DNA of 64,000 bases from Convolutriloba macropyga (lineage: Eukaryota). A program made the translations under genes and the position numbers. Each line of letters opens with the position of its first letter. Within the stretch, counting starts at the first letter, position 1. Positions 37,650 through 50,449 of this stretch are shown here, piece after piece. The notes under the pieces were generated by a model that was not told the origin of the DNA, did not search any database, and worked only from the letters and a program-made list of their open reading frames with translations. The DNA is taken from NCBI RefSeq assembly GCF_964194025.1, contig NC_134475.1, forward strand, positions 67,642,001 to 67,706,000, written 5' to 3'.

Positions 37650-37927
37650 TAGCACTACAATCCCAACGCTTGAATGAGTTCTCGTTTTTTGGCTAAAATG
37701 TTTCGCTTTTTCTCCATAATTGTTTCCTTTGATAATAATTAGTGAAATGATTTTTCCTGATTTTTAAGTAACTGCTTATTCACTGGAACGTTGCCATTGA
37801 TCACATTGAGCATACGCTCACAGAGAAAGGTAATAAAGGTATTTGGTGCTTGTTCGAGGAACTTCCTGAAGTTGCTCTTGGGCAGCTCGGGCATTAACTT
37901 TAGCATACATAACTCTTTCTCTCTCAT
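37650..37927 (-). pseudogene. Polinton PW-like small protein
   Basis: FLCERMLNVINGNVPV matches the characteristic ECxLNxxxGNVP motif. Overlaps the ATPase 3' end. Confidence 0.7.
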
Positions 37928-38560
37928 CTACCAAAGTAGTGATAACCGCTTTGGAGGACGGTAGATAAAAAATTGTTGGACCTGGTTGTACAATATTTGA
38001 ACAAAAACGCAGGGAGTCTGATGTTTTTGGATCTAAGTCAATGAGTAAGTGTCCAAAAGGTTGTTTTGTGGCAAGTTGATAGCTTTCCTTCACAAAATTT
38101 GTATTTTTCAGCTGTTTTCCAACATAGATGATCTGCTGTATGCCTATAGGTGATTTGAATAAAATAATTTGCGTGTTGTTCGGATCAGTCGTTAGCGACC
38201 ATTTACTCTGCTGAAACAATTTATGTTTAATATAAATCACACTAATGTTTCTATGGCGTCCGGCAGTCGCAAGTTTTGAAAAACTCTTTGTCATTGAATA
38301 TTACTTTACACGAATCGTCAAACACAAGCAGACAATTTTCTAGCTGAGAAATGAATTGGAATCAAGAAAACTTAATGAAAAAAATATTCGCTCTATTGTG
38401 CTAAACTTTGGCTGCTCGTGTTGATAGAAGTAGTAAATAGAACTAAATTTTGGATAGAAAGTGTTTTTCAATAACATTTGAAATATAAGTTCTGTTTTGC
38501 CACAACACGAAGGACCGCAAACAGCCATAAAAAGCCTATGGCAAGTGGATATAATTTTGT
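37818..38560 (-). pseudogene. A32-like DNA packaging ATPase
   Basis: Walker A GPSCCGKT, Walker B LLVFDDS, arginine-finger GRHRNISVIYIKHKLFQQSK; frameshifted. Confidence 0.93.
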
Positions 38561-38890
38561 TCTTAGCTTTGGATTTGGAAGAGCGTAGTCAACTGTACAC
38601 GAAAACAATGAAAACCAAAATGTTGATTCTTCACAACCAAGTTGGGAAAACAGAAGCTTGGTTAAAGAAACAGCAATAAGGAAAAGTATTATTAAAATAT
38701 GAGTAAAATAAACAACTTTGGAACGTGGTAGCCGAGAATAAAACAATACTTCCACAAACGCCTCTCTTGATTTTTCTCATCAAAAACAAAAGCATTCAAA
38801 CCCCTAAATTAGCGGAGTGTATCTGGTCTTCTCTAACACTCATTTGAATATAAGTTATTTGAGAAAATGAATTAACACTCAGTTTTTAGT

Positions 38891-39190
38891 TTAAATTGCT
38901 TTTTTGTTAGTCTCTCTTTCAATCCAAAAGAATCCATAAGTAGTATATCTAGAGTCTTTGTCGTCTTCCTTGTAAGTCACTGTATAGTTTGCCTGCATGC
39001 CGTAACCACTTCCATAGTAGACAACAGACTCTACGTTGACTTCACTGACCAACATTTTATTTTCATTCTGGATATTGTCTTTGTCCAGAGCTACTTGAAC
39101 TGGTGCTGGCCACTTGGGCGTAGGTAAAGATGTAAGTTTCAGTTTTCTCATATTCTGTTGTAACGACATGGTACATTTGAAAATGTTCAA
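38891..39190 (-). CDS. Unidentified Polinton accessory ORF
   Basis: Open 99-aa frame co-oriented with the Polinton gene block; no motif recognised. Confidence 0.4.
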   Translation of the reverse strand: MNIFKCTMSLQQNMRKLKLTSLPTPKWPAPVQVALDKDNIQNENKMLVSEVNVESVVYYGSGYGMQANYTVTYKEDDKDSRYTTYGFFWIERETNKKAI

Positions 39191-39399
39191 GTAATGAAAA
39201 ATATTTAATCAGCGTCTCAATTTCCTTAGTGTTGCAGAGAATCTGTCGTTTTCAAAGAATATTCTGTCCCCGTGTTTCTATTTTCTCAACTTTTAAAAAA
39301 AGCCAATGTCAACTGATTTTTTTTCGTTATGCAACTGCATACTGTCAAACTTGGAGATAAATTCACTTGAAGAACTGACGGAGCTGCCTTCTCCACTCG

Positions 39400-39670
39400 A
39401 CGGCTCATTGGATGACAGGGAGATCCAATAGAAATACAACTGAGCTTTCCTTTTAGCACAATGTTTCCCCTTTTGCTTTTCTGGTAGGTAGGAAGAGTGC
39501 AAGTAATATTATCAATTGGCAATTTAATATCTTCAATTTTTGGACATAGAAGAGTTTCCAATTCTTTTACCTTTTTCTGCAAGAGAGTTTGAAGTGATTC
39601 TGTTTTCTCTTTCCCTTTGGCATAAAACTTCCCTAACAAAAACCGAAGTTTAATGGCGACAAAAATTTGT
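39400..39670 (-). pseudogene. C-terminal half of a DEDD/DnaQ-like Polinton accessory protein
   Basis: FYAKGKEKTESLQTLLQKKVKELETLLCPKIE...C...KHCAKRKAQLYFYW pattern. Confidence 0.55.
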
Positions 39671-39679
39671 GAAAGAAAC

Positions 39680-39982
39680 CCGGAAGGATAAGTACCTTTA
39701 TGAGTGTAATCTGCTATAAAATCCGATGCGTCGTGGAGTATTGCATGAAGTCGTAGCATTTTGAACGATTTGAAGTAGTTGTCCGGCGACGAATTATCAA
39801 TTCCAATCAGACTACCATACGGTCTCAGCTTGAATGTGTCCTCAAATCAATTTCAGGATCAATTTATTGACAAGCAGCTAGAAATTACAGAAACCTTTCA
39901 CCGTACTTTGGATCAGTGTTCTTTATCTCCAGATAAATTTCATGAATATTTTTAGATCAATGGTTTCTATCGTTTTGGCCAT
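39680..39982 (-). pseudogene. PLA2-like (HD motif) Polinton accessory protein remnant
   Basis: LRPYGSLIGIDNSSPDNYFKSFKMLRLHAILHDASDF; the LHD helix resembles a phospholipase A2 active-site HD. Confidence 0.45.
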
Positions 39983-40138
39983 CTTTTTCATCAAAGATGA
40001 TTCTGGCAAAATGAATCCTAATCTTATCTCCTAGGATTGACCACTTGAGCTCCCAAACAAATTATATTCACACAAATACATTTAGCAAAAGTACCACTAA
40101 CATGAAGGATCTCTCCTCTCTCGCACTCGCGAAATGTA

Positions 40139-40550
40139 TATACCAACTATAAGCCGCCAGGCAAATACATGTAGCGCAATTACCGCTTTCTTAACATTAA
40201 TGATTTTCCCTAAGGGGTCAGGGATCCCCCTCTGCCGAACGGATCTCGAAAGGATCTCCCCCGATCTTCCTGTATATAAACGATACTACTATTGCCATTG
40301 CGACAATTCTACGAAGAACTATTCTGAAGTTGACCAGTACAATGAGAACGAGAGTGCAATTCAAGAAAATTGACAAAAAAGAAAAAAGACAAAAAAAAGA
40401 TGAACAGAGCCAAGGAAAGACCTCGGACCAGCAACAAAAAATTGGCATAGGCCAGACCAGAAAATAGACCAAACTGTAAAGATATTTGGGCAAGATTTTT
40501 GACGGGTTCCTGAGGCAAAACACATAAACATTGTTCAATAGTTGGGTATA
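40139..40550. mobile_element. Small non-autonomous DNA element with short TIRs
   Basis: TATACCAACTAT (40139-40150) versus ATAGTTGGGTATA (40538-40550). Confidence 0.45.
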
Positions 40551-40618
40551 AACGTTAGTTTAAAAGTTTTGTATAAATATATTATATAATCAAAATATAA
40601 TATATTTGGCTGCGTCAG

Positions 40619-40917
40619 TGAGCTGCGATGATAACAAAATTGACCGACTATTGGTGAAACTGAATCAATACAGACATGTGTTGGAGATTCCAGAATTCAT
40701 GTTGAAGATTTCGATTGGGTTTACTGTTTCTATAATGGCCTACGAGAGATATGTTATGGTGTGCAAACCATTCAATTATGAAACTATTCTCTCAGACAGA
40801 AGAAGAATGGTCGCCTATGTTGGCTATGCTTGTTTCCTTGCCTTATGTGGTGTTTCCTACTACATCTCTCAAGTCAGATTTATGGAAAACAACCCTTGCC
40901 TTTTCGAGATAAACGAC
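40619..40917 (+). CDS. Class A (rhodopsin-like) GPCR exon encoding TM3-ICL2-TM4-ECL2
   Basis: IMAYERYVMVCKPF is the (D/E)RY..(V/I)C.P signature, followed by a hydrophobic TM4. Candidate acceptor TCAG at 40615-40618 and donor GAC|GTAATT at 40917/40918. Confidence 0.8.
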
Positions 40918-40931
40918 GTAATTAAAACCAT

Positions 40932-41276
40932 CCCAGGTTGAGTTGCCAGACAGAAGTGACCTCTAATCAGACTGATTTGCGCTCAAAGTGTGCTCGAAGC
41001 TGTCTCTGATCAGAAGACCTTCCCGGACGGAAGTGACTGCCAATCATACCGAAATCAGACCACTGTCCAGACTTTTGTGCGACCCGGGCCCCAACCAATT
41101 CCAGACAATTGTCCGGATGTTTCCGAGCCTGAAATTGCTGCTGATCAGGCCATTTTCTACGTTGTCATACTGCTGACAGGATATTTTGGTCTGGAATTTT
41201 GGTCTGGAAACACACCGTGTGCGAGTTCGGCTGGGGTCTGATTAGAAGTCACTTCAGTCTGGCACCTCAACTTGGG
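40932..41276. mobile_element. MITE with ~40-bp TIRs, flanked by AT
   Basis: CCCAGGTTGAGTTGCCAGACAGAAGTGACCTCTAATCAGAC versus GTCTGATTAGAAGTCACTTCAGTCTGGCACCTCAACTTGGG; internal CCAGAC subrepeats. Confidence 0.85.
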
Positions 41277-42539
41277 ATAAGCGAGTAATGATAATCACGA
41301 TGGACAGATATATCAATGAAGCTGTAATCCTAGAAGCTAAAAAAGTTCTCAATGCAAAAATCACCACTCATCAGATAGGACCGGGAAGAGTTTGCCGCTA
41401 CAAAAATTTTATTAAATTTAATCACTTTTATCACAGCGTTCTTCCGCTTTTCCTTTGTTGGCACCTTTAAAAGTAACCCCCACTTACAGTCCGCGTGGAG
41501 AAAAGGCGGTAGTTTTTATAGAAATTCTTAAAGAAGTTTTAATTTTGGGTCGTAAACTCCGCTCTATCGCATTCAAATTTTCTGAGAAGAAAATAGGTTT
41601 TGAATATGACTACGACTAATGCATTCAAAAGTAATAATTTGGTTTTAGGCGGGTACGATGCCTTGATTGCATTTAGAATTTAAAGCCGCCAGCCATTTTT
41701 CAGAGACTTCCAAAAACTCGTCCTGCATTGATAGAGTTAAATCTAGGACAACACATAGACATTTAGCTTTTTCATTATTGTAAATTTTGTAGTTATTCAG
41801 AATAAGTTCAAGTATACGTTCATTAGAAATTTCTGTTTTGCTTATTAAAAAATGAATTTTGTTTTGAACGTATTCAAATTCAAATAGTTACTATCAAGAT
41901 ATTAAATTACGTTTTCAGGACAAGTTTGAATATACCTTTCTTCTTTGTCAATTTTCGGGGAAAATTAAATCATCTGCATATTGAGTTATTCTGCAGCCAC
42001 TTGCGTTAAATTACTTCTTTTCATTTAAGCATTTAATAAACAGCAGAGGGCCAGACAAGCACTGTTCTCCATTGTAGACCTTAATACAGATTGACCCAAT
42101 CAGATTCGATTATTCACAATCGTCTTGTAAAAACGTTTAGAAATAAAAAAGTTAAGAAGATCGAGTGGTGATTACTCAAAGTCAGGAAGCAAAATTTTCT
42201 CCAGGAGCATTTTTTGGTTATGTGACTCGAAGGTTTTCAAAAGGTCGATTCAAACTACTGTATTTTTTTTATATCTTATTTCAAAGAAAACCCAAACTAA
42301 AATGATGTGTTTCAATGGGAGCCGTGGTCATTTCACTAATTCAAGTTAAGCCGTTTGTCAGACAGATTTGTGACCCCTTCCTACATCTGCCGGTTCGGTG
42401 AAATAACTATAATATCAAGTTATATAAAAAGTAACTAAACTCACAATTCCTAAAAAAGATTATCACTTCTCTGAAATGTATGTGCCAAACGCTTTGATCA
42501 GTGTCACTCGATAAGGTGAAGACAAATTTTTATTTTTCA

Positions 42540-43380
42540 GCAAAAGATTTTTTTAAAAATTACTATCTTTCTTATCTATAAATAAAAACCAAATGTCGAT
42601 TATCATACAAAAATAAAATAAGAAAAATCAATTTTTTTTAATTTAAAAAATCTAAAGCAATGAAAAATGGGATAAAAAAATTATTACTCTACCCAGACAA
42701 AATTAAATCTATCTCTCATTTCTTAAATAAATAAATAATGTCTAAAGAAACTATTACTGTCTAAATAAAATAAAAAACGTAAATATCTTCAAAATTAAAA
42801 AGATATGAAAAAGATAAAGCGGAAAATTTTGTAAAACCTTTCCAAGATCATGTCTAAAAAGAAATTACAACCTCTAAATAAAATTAAAAACTATTTTTCA
42901 CTACGCTTAAATGAAATAGATGATATCAACATATCTAGAAACAAGTATACCAGGCATAAATACAATGGGGAAGAGAGTTATTACTATGTCTAAATAAAAA
43001 AAAATTGTTGCAAGAATGTATTGAAAAATTAAAACGACATATTTATCACTCTGTCTAAAGAAAATGGAAAAAATCAATCAGCGAAGCTGTGTTACTGTGA
43101 GTTATTAAAAATGAAAATATCATGTCTAAATAAAAAGTTTAATATCTTATCTTGTTGAAAATTGAGCTTTGTGATAAATCTTTTCAAATCAGGAAAATAT
43201 GAAACGTAAATTTTTTTAAAAAATATATAACCGTGACTAAGTGGAAAAAAAATGCTCTAGTTAATTTGGAAAAATGAAGCAAAATTTTCTTAAAAACTCA
43301 ATTAAACAAAAAAGAAAACTATCACAATGTCTATGTAAAAGAACAGTTTTAATAATAATGGAAAATATCAACCAAAATGT
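42540..43380. repeat. Degenerate AT-rich tandem repeat (TATCACTATGTCTAAATAAAA-like)
   Basis: Repeated TGTCTAAATAAAA-like cores throughout. Confidence 0.6.
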
Positions 43381-43629
43381 CTTCAAGATATTGGATTTGT
43401 AATTAAGTTGTTTTTTAAAAAAAACTTGAGATAGTCACAAATAATCATCGCTAATTGTAAACAAATTAAAAATTGTGCAAAGGCAATAGTAAAAATAAAT
43501 TCCTTTGTCATATAAATAACATATAAGGCCATCACCTCTAAAAAACAATTCATGCGTTAGATTTTATTGTAATTTCTTTCATTTATATCATATGTAAACA
43601 ATACTCGAAGCATTATGACACCGTTTAAT

Positions 43630-43928
43630 CAGCAAAATCTGATCCTGCTAAATCCACCTGTTAAACATAACTGAATACATGAATCCAAACAATGACCTAC
43701 CTAAAATCGGCCTAATTCATACCCCAAACCTACCTGATACCGACCTCAACCCTACAAGAAACCTTCCTGAATACCTTACCTATTCCAAACCTACCTAACA
43801 CCCAGAGAGCTTTTTCCTTAAAAAATGGCAGTCATTTCTCCGTACAACAAACAATATGGAAAACAACTTTTTTCTAAAACAAAGTGTTTGTTACGTTTTT
43901 GTTTCAGAGGAGGGATCATGGATTGAAA
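43630..43928 (-). mobile_element. Leader remnant of an older BEL/Pao copy (left flank of the young insertion)
   Basis: ACCTACCT repeats and adjacent sequence resemble 50437-50960 of the young element. Confidence 0.65.
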
Positions 43929-43933
43929 TGCTT

Positions 43934-44192
43934 TGTCACATTGACCGCCTTAAGTATACTCAGAAAATCATTTTGCTTATTTGAATTAATGATGATGATA
44001 CAAGCGTTTAAGATAAATAAATCAGTTCTCAGTTTTTTAGTTTTTTGTGTGTTGAAATTCGACTGCTTTTCTCTGCTTCCTTTTGTTTTGTCACTTCTTC
44101 TCTTAACCATTGAAGGTCTGTTTCGGGCAAAGATCCATAATAGTGCATAGATGTTCTCTAAATAATTGGGCATCAATGATGTATTGATGACA
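43934..44192 (-). repeat. 3' LTR of BEL/Pao element
   Basis: About 98% identical to 51340-51598. Confidence 0.96.
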
Positions 44193-44675
44193 TAGCCGGC
44201 CCCATTTGCAGGATTGCAAAGAATAGTAAAGTAAGTCCATAAAATTAAAGACAATTCTTGGTTGAAAATGCAAACTTGGTGACCCATTAACAAAGAAACA
44301 AGTTTCGAGATAAACGAATAACTGACGTTACGCAAGAAAATCAACTCACGGATTTCAATGAACGTTTTCGCGAAGATAAACGAAGTACGTGAGAATAAGC
44401 GGTTAAAAAGCGTAATAAACCGATAAACGCAAAAAAATAAAGTAAACATTTCGCAAAACTGCGGGTCCGCAGAAAATTTAATGAGGAGGTCAAAATATAG
44501 ATGTCCGAATGCTCCGAGGGGAGTAACAGGTTGCCACGGTGTAGTAATTTTTCTACCCGCGCAGAAAAAGCAGAGTTTGAGTACAAATTGTCATGGAAAA
44601 ATTGTTCTTTTCCTAATACCAGAACTTACAAAGAGACGAACCTTGTAATTTAGTGTTTGAATCAATGATAAAAAA

Positions 44676-47600
44676 TTAGTCAGCTAGAACTTTGCTTAAT
44701 CTAACAACAGGGTGAATTTTTTCCCTAAATGCGGTTTTTAGTTTAACGGATCTGACAATTTGGTCCGAACTAGGATATACTTCAATGACTTTCGCCAGTG
44801 GCCAAAGACCTCGAGGCGTGAAATCCTCTAAAACCCAAACTAGATCGCCTACTTGTAAATTCGGACAACCTTTAGTCCATTTCGAACGTTTCTGCTGGTT
44901 TGGGATATATTCTCTAAGAAATCTGTTCCAGAAGTGTTCGGCCAAGTGTTGTGAAGTTCTCCAAGACTTTGAGATTGTAATCTTTCTCTCGGAAAAAACA
45001 CCAGGTGGAAAAATAACAGTGGGTCTGCCCCAAAGAAAATGGTTTGGTGTTAGGGGAAGTGGATCATTAATGTCACTCGAAGTGTATGTGAGGGGACGAG
45101 AATTCATGTTAGATTCTATTTCGCAAGTGAAGGTAGACAACGTTTCATGTGTTAGTGTTCTTGATCCAATGACCTTGTACAAAGACAATTTGAACATCTG
45201 AATTAACCTTTCCCAACTGCCACCAAAATCTGGTGCAAGGGGAGGATTAAACTTCCATTCAATTTCAATATCAAGAATATGGAGTTTAGAGGCCAATTCC
45301 TTTGATGCTCTGAGTGCTTCGATACCTTTCTTTAGTTCCGAACAAGAGCTGACAAAAGATTTCCCGTTGTCGGAGAGAAATTTTTTTGGCTTTCCGCGGC
45401 GACTAATGAATCTGCAGATGCAATTCATTGTTGAGTCTGTAGACAGGTTTTCTGCTATCTCCAAGTGAACTGCTCTTACCACCAAGCAGGTGAACAGAAG
45501 TACGTAGCGTGTAGCGTGTCTGCCGCATTGAGATACGGGGAAAGGACCTATGAAGTCGAGTCCTGTCGTCGCAAAGACAAAGTGGTGCTCACTTGGTAAC
45601 CGCTCGCATGTTAGATCAGACATTTGAGGTTGCTGGATTTCCTGTATCATTCGCCGACAAGGAATGCATTGGCGGACCGTCTGCCTAACGACAGCTCGGC
45701 ATTTTAAAACCCAATAGTATTGCATCAGGAGGCAGCGCGTTTGTTCAACTCCTGAGTGAGTGTTAGTAAGGTGAAAATTTTTGATGAGCAGCTTCACAAT
45801 TGGGTTTAGACCATCCAGAATGATTGGGTGTCGGGCAGTCTCCAAAACCATTGCCTTAGACAACCGACCTTTGGCGCGGAGCTGATCATTATTGTCAACA
45901 TACGGACAAAGGTCTTTCAAACGACTTGATGCTGAAATTTCCTTTCCCTTACGTAGAGCAGATATTTTGTCTGCAAAATTTTCAATCTGCGATACCTGGA
46001 TCAGATATCTGTACGCAAAAGTATGATGAGAGAGAGCCAAATGTTTGGTTCGCTTCTTGCAAAGGTCGCGGAAAAAGAAGCAGTACGCAGTCACTCTTAT
46101 CAACCGATTCCAGTTGCTAAAACGTGTAATATCTATTACACACCCTTCAGTTGACAGTTTAGGGGCTTCCAGTGGCTGTATTGAGAATACCAGTGGGTTA
46201 TGCTTCAAGAGATCTTGACAAGGCCACTCTTTTTCTTCGGAGCGGAGAAATGATGGTCCACTCAACCAACGAGAAGTTGCATTCATCTGTCGAACCTCAT
46301 AGCCTCTTGAGCCCTCATCAGCGGGATTATCAGAAGAAGCGATGTAGCGCCAATTGAGAGATGAAGAGACGTCGAGAATCTTTGCTAGTCTATTGGCAAC
46401 GAAAATTCGATGCCGCATTTCTGGAGTTCTCAACCAATGGAGTACAGTTGTACTATCGGACCAGAAAAAATAATTTCCGATTTCCAAATCTTGCTGTTCT
46501 TTGATAAACTGAGCTAATTGCGCGCCATACACTGCCGCTTGCAACTCCAGGTTTGGAATAGTCATCCTCTTGATCGGAGCTACTCTGGCTTTGCCCATCA
46601 TGAACACTACATCAACTGTTTTATCAACGTACTCAGTTCTTAGATAAGACACTACTGATAGAGCGCACTCTGAAGCGTCTGTGAACGTGTGAAGAGCTGT
46701 TGACTGAATTTTCGTGTTTCTACGGAAGAGAGCACGTGGAATGCTGATATTCTGATAAGTTGGAAGTTCGTTTTTGAATTGGAGAAAGTCTGGGAACTGC
46801 TGAACTTCCAGAGGTGCGTCCCATTGTGGACCTTTATTCCAAATCGCTTGCAATATTTTTCTCACTCTGATTGTTAAAGGGGCTATAACGCCAAGGGGAT
46901 CAAAAATTGAAGCGACGAACTTCAAAAGTTTCCTCTGTGTTGTGAATTGATCATTGGGGAACCTTTTGAAAAGCCTTTTGTCAATGATGTACTCGTCCGT
47001 GCTCGCGTTCCACGGTAAACCCAAAACTTTTTGAGGTTGAGGTGATGGTAGATCAGGCTTCAAAAGATTTTCGTTTGCGACGTTTTTCAAGAACTCGTCT
47101 GAGTTAGAGTTCCACTTTCTGAGGTTGAAACCACCAAGTGAAAGACACTCTTTGGTGCTGTTCATAACATTTACAGCACTTTCAACGTCTGCTGTCGAGA
47201 TATATAGGTCGTCCATGTAAACATTACGCTCAATGACGTGCCAAACTTGAGGAAATTTGTCCTGAATGTCACGTGCTGAACGACGAAGAGCGTAGGACGC
47301 TATGCATGGGGAAGATGTTGCGCCAAAGATATGACGTGTGTTTTGATACTCTTCGATTTTGCCATTGTGATTCCAGAGAAACCGAAGAAACGCACAATCA
47401 GAGGGAGCAACTTTAATTTGCATAAACATTTGCTCAATGTCTGCTGAAATTGCCACTTGTCGCTCGCGGAATCTTAATATGACTCCCACAAAATTACTCA
47501 ACAAATCGGGTCTCTTCAAAAGGTTTGAATTCAAGGATTGACCTTGAAAAACACTGGATGCATTGGTGACTCTCCTGATTTTTCCGGGTTTGTTTTCATT

Positions 47601-48036
47601 TGAAACGGGATGATGAGGAAGATAAGAACATGCTGTTTCTTTGTCTGTAGCTGGATCAACTTTGACAACATAACCATTTTGAAGATCTTTCTGGAGCGTC
47701 TCCTCGTACTTACTTTGTAGATCTGGTTTTGTTGAGAGTTTTTCGTTTAATTGCTTTAACTGTTTTTCTGCTAGCTATCTGTTGTTTGGTAACTTGGCGT
47801 TTTCCTTCCAAAGAAGGCCTATTTCGTAGTGACCATCAGAAAAGTTTGTAGTCGACTCAAAGATTTGCAGAGCTTTTTCATCATTTTTAGACATAGCCCT
47901 TTTTGATGAAGCTAAACCGTAGTTCTCAACTTTTATCCACTGTTGTACTTTTGTGAAAAGTTCATTGTCTAGATGAGGATGAGAGTTGATTTGTGTTTTG
48001 AACACTGGATTCTGTTCGTCTGCTGTGACGCTAGTT
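44676..48036 (-). pseudogene. BEL/Pao Pol: RT, RNase H and integrase (952-aa open segment 44676-47534; in-frame stop at ~47775)
   Basis: ADIEQMFMQI, FGATSSPCIA, NVYMDDL, HTFTDASE, KRMTIPNLELQAA, GLDFIGP, SDNGKSF, GGSWERLI, LTPNHFL, TPRGLWPL. Confidence 0.95.
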
Positions 48037-48800
48037 TTACCTGCACATGTTCATCCTAGAGGAGTTTCTACAGCCCAGGGCGTGTTTTTTGGGGCCTTTA
48101 ATCACCTTACTGTAATGGATCAGTTCCAGATTGTTGATGCCGATGATTATTGAGACTTTATTTTCATCAACATTAGGGAACGAAATGTGATTGAGATGTT
48201 CAAATTTCTTGCAAAGCTTGTTCAGCTCATTAGTGTTAACAGGGTTGATGTTCAATTCGGGTACTGCCAAGACTTCGTTTACAAGGATTGGTGTCTTTTT
48301 AGACTGATAAAGTTTAATTTTTAAAGACACTGGAGAACAATCTATTTCTTTTGTTGTGTGGTAGCCACTAATAGGCATCTTGCCAAAAGTGTTCATATCA
48401 ATACCTAGAATCAGAGCTGCGGATTGGAGGAGGAGGCTCTGGCAACTTCCGTTGTCGAGATAAGCATATGTCTCAAACGTTTTCTCCCCGTTAGACAGTT
48501 GAACTGGTAAGAAAGCAACTTGACCTGTGCCATGCATTTGAACCGATTTAACTGTTGAAGAGGGTCGGATTGCTTGATTTTTTGCAATGAAGCTTTCATG
48601 GAGCATTGTGTGGTGCTTTTTGCCGCAGTCTGCAGAGCGACAAACATTTTTTGATGTGCATTGTTGTACATGGTGACTACCAAAACAGTTGAAACATAGT
48701 TTCAATTTTTTCACGTGTTCTCGTCTATCGAGTGGAGACAGATCTTGGAAATGAGAACATTTGTATAAATACTGACAGCTACCGTTGTTTGGACAAACGA
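48037..48800 (-). pseudogene. BEL/Pao zinc knuckles and aspartic protease
   Basis: CFNCFGSHHVQQC...CRSADCGKKHHTMLH; AYLDNGSCQS. Confidence 0.92.
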
Positions 48801-50378
48801 CACCTTTCGCAGAGCTTGGTTGAAAGCTATTTGACGGGTTTGTGCGTTGATCCTGGTGTGATCTGTTGGACGGACGGTTGAATTGGGTTTGCTGATTCGA
48901 TTGCTTCCAAAGATGGTTAGAGGCCTTTGAATGAGTGCTTGGAGGTTGAGCTGATGCACAAGAGGTGGGTAAATCTCTGCAAGCCTTCGCATAGATTAGA
49001 AGCCACTCCGAAAGCTCTCTAAGAGATGGTTGAAGTAAACTTCTTTCCTAAACGTGCTTATTCCATTCCAAGCGGAGTGGTGTTGGAAGCTTGTTTAAGG
49101 CTTGATTGACATTTGTAGTGGAATGTATGTCATGGTTGAATCCAATTTGCTGAAATATGTCCACAAGGGTTAAAAAGAAAGCAGAGAACTGCGTATAACT
49201 GTCTGGGATTGTCAGGTTAGGGGGTCTAAAATGTGACAGTTTTCGAGGAAGGCATTGACAATCCTGTTCGGATTACCAAAATGTTCTTCCAGACGTGCTA
49301 AAGCGGGTGCGTACAGACTGCCATTGCAACCATAGCCGTCAACCAGTGCTTTTGCTTCTCCAATCAGGAGCGATTGCAGATGAATCATTTTTTCTGCAGG
49401 GGACATTGGAGAACGATCAATTGTTGCTTGAAACACACTGAACCACTTTAACCAACTTAATGGATCTCCATCAAACTTTGTTGCCTGTAACTTCGGAACC
49501 GATTTCTGAAAACAAGAAGACATTGAGGTGGGAGTCTGAGGCACAACACCAACTGTTGGAAGTGTAAAGGATGGTTGCGAAGTTCTGATTGGCGGATTTA
49601 AAGAAGAAGTTTGGGCCGCCTGATGAAAAACATGGAATGAGGGAAATGCGCCGTCGATTTTGGCGGAAGTGGAATTGAAGTCACCAGAGGTAACTCCAGA
49701 CAAGGCATTGTTGATGGTGCTGGTGCCTGATACGTCAGCAGATGTGGTGGTGAGTTGTTGCGACAAATTTGCCGGCGGCAAAATTGTGTTTGAATCTCCC
49801 ATTAAGCTACTGGGTGCAGCATTGTTAAGGAAGGATTCACTGTAAAAACTGTATTCAGCGGGTGCTGAGAAAAGGTTGGTCGTTAGGGATGCCTCAGTAT
49901 GAGTTTGATAACTGCTGTTGTCAAAGGTCACCCTCGGGATGTTATTTGTTTGGTTGCTTTGTGCTGCGGACACAAGTTCCTTTTTGTATTTTCGGTATGC
50001 GGAAATAATCTTCCGTATCTTGAATTTGAGTTTGCTCAAATGAGAGCATAGAGTTTCTGCATCAGATGATGGTGCTTTGTCTAAAAGTTCTTGAATTGTA
50101 AGCTCGTACTTCTCCTGAAGTTCCTTGATTTCAAGGAGAGTTTCCTCGACTGTTTCTGAGTCCTCGCCGCAGTCGATGCCGGATGTAATAAATTCGATGC
50201 ACGACTCAATTTCACTTTCGTACATCAACTTTAACTTGGTCAGACGTTTTAAATGGGGATCTTCAGAGACCTGCTTGTGACTTTCGGTGTTGTCGTCTGA
50301 GTTTTGTGTCTGCGAATTTGAGGAGATCATTGTTTGGTTGTTACTTCCTGTGGATTTTCCAGTTCTAGTAAAAACCAT
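48800..50378 (-). pseudogene. BEL/Pao Gag (DUF1759-like), frameshifted
   Basis: KFDGDPLSWLKWFSVFQATID...EKMIHLQSLLIGEAK...LEEHFGNP. Confidence 0.9.
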
Positions 50379-50449
50379 TGAATTTCACCGGTCTAACAAA
50401 GACAGCTTCTTTCTTCGAAGCGCTACGAAATTTTTTCAGCAAGTCTGTT

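Larger units (their letters stand above)
25057..40100 (-). mobile_element. Decayed Polinton/Maverick (endogenous double-jelly-roll DNA virus); TIRs not found
   Basis: Co-located pPolB, adenain protease, major capsid, core protein, minor capsid, rve integrase, PZ/PW-like genes and A32-like ATPase. The genes are disrupted by stops and frameshifts. Boundaries are approximate. Confidence 0.95.

Noticed and set aside
39990-40140. Polinton terminal inverted repeat
   Set aside because: No AGTAGT/AGAGAG-type terminus with a matching inverted copy at the other end, and no 6-bp TSD could be identified.
40988-41241. ORFs downstream of the GPCR exon as a continuation of the receptor
   Set aside because: They lie entirely inside the 40932-41276 MITE.
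43884-44586. env-like or extra ORFs at the BEL 3' end (177 aa and others)
   Set aside because: The frames run through the PPT and LTR, recur in the other LTR, and show no envelope features.
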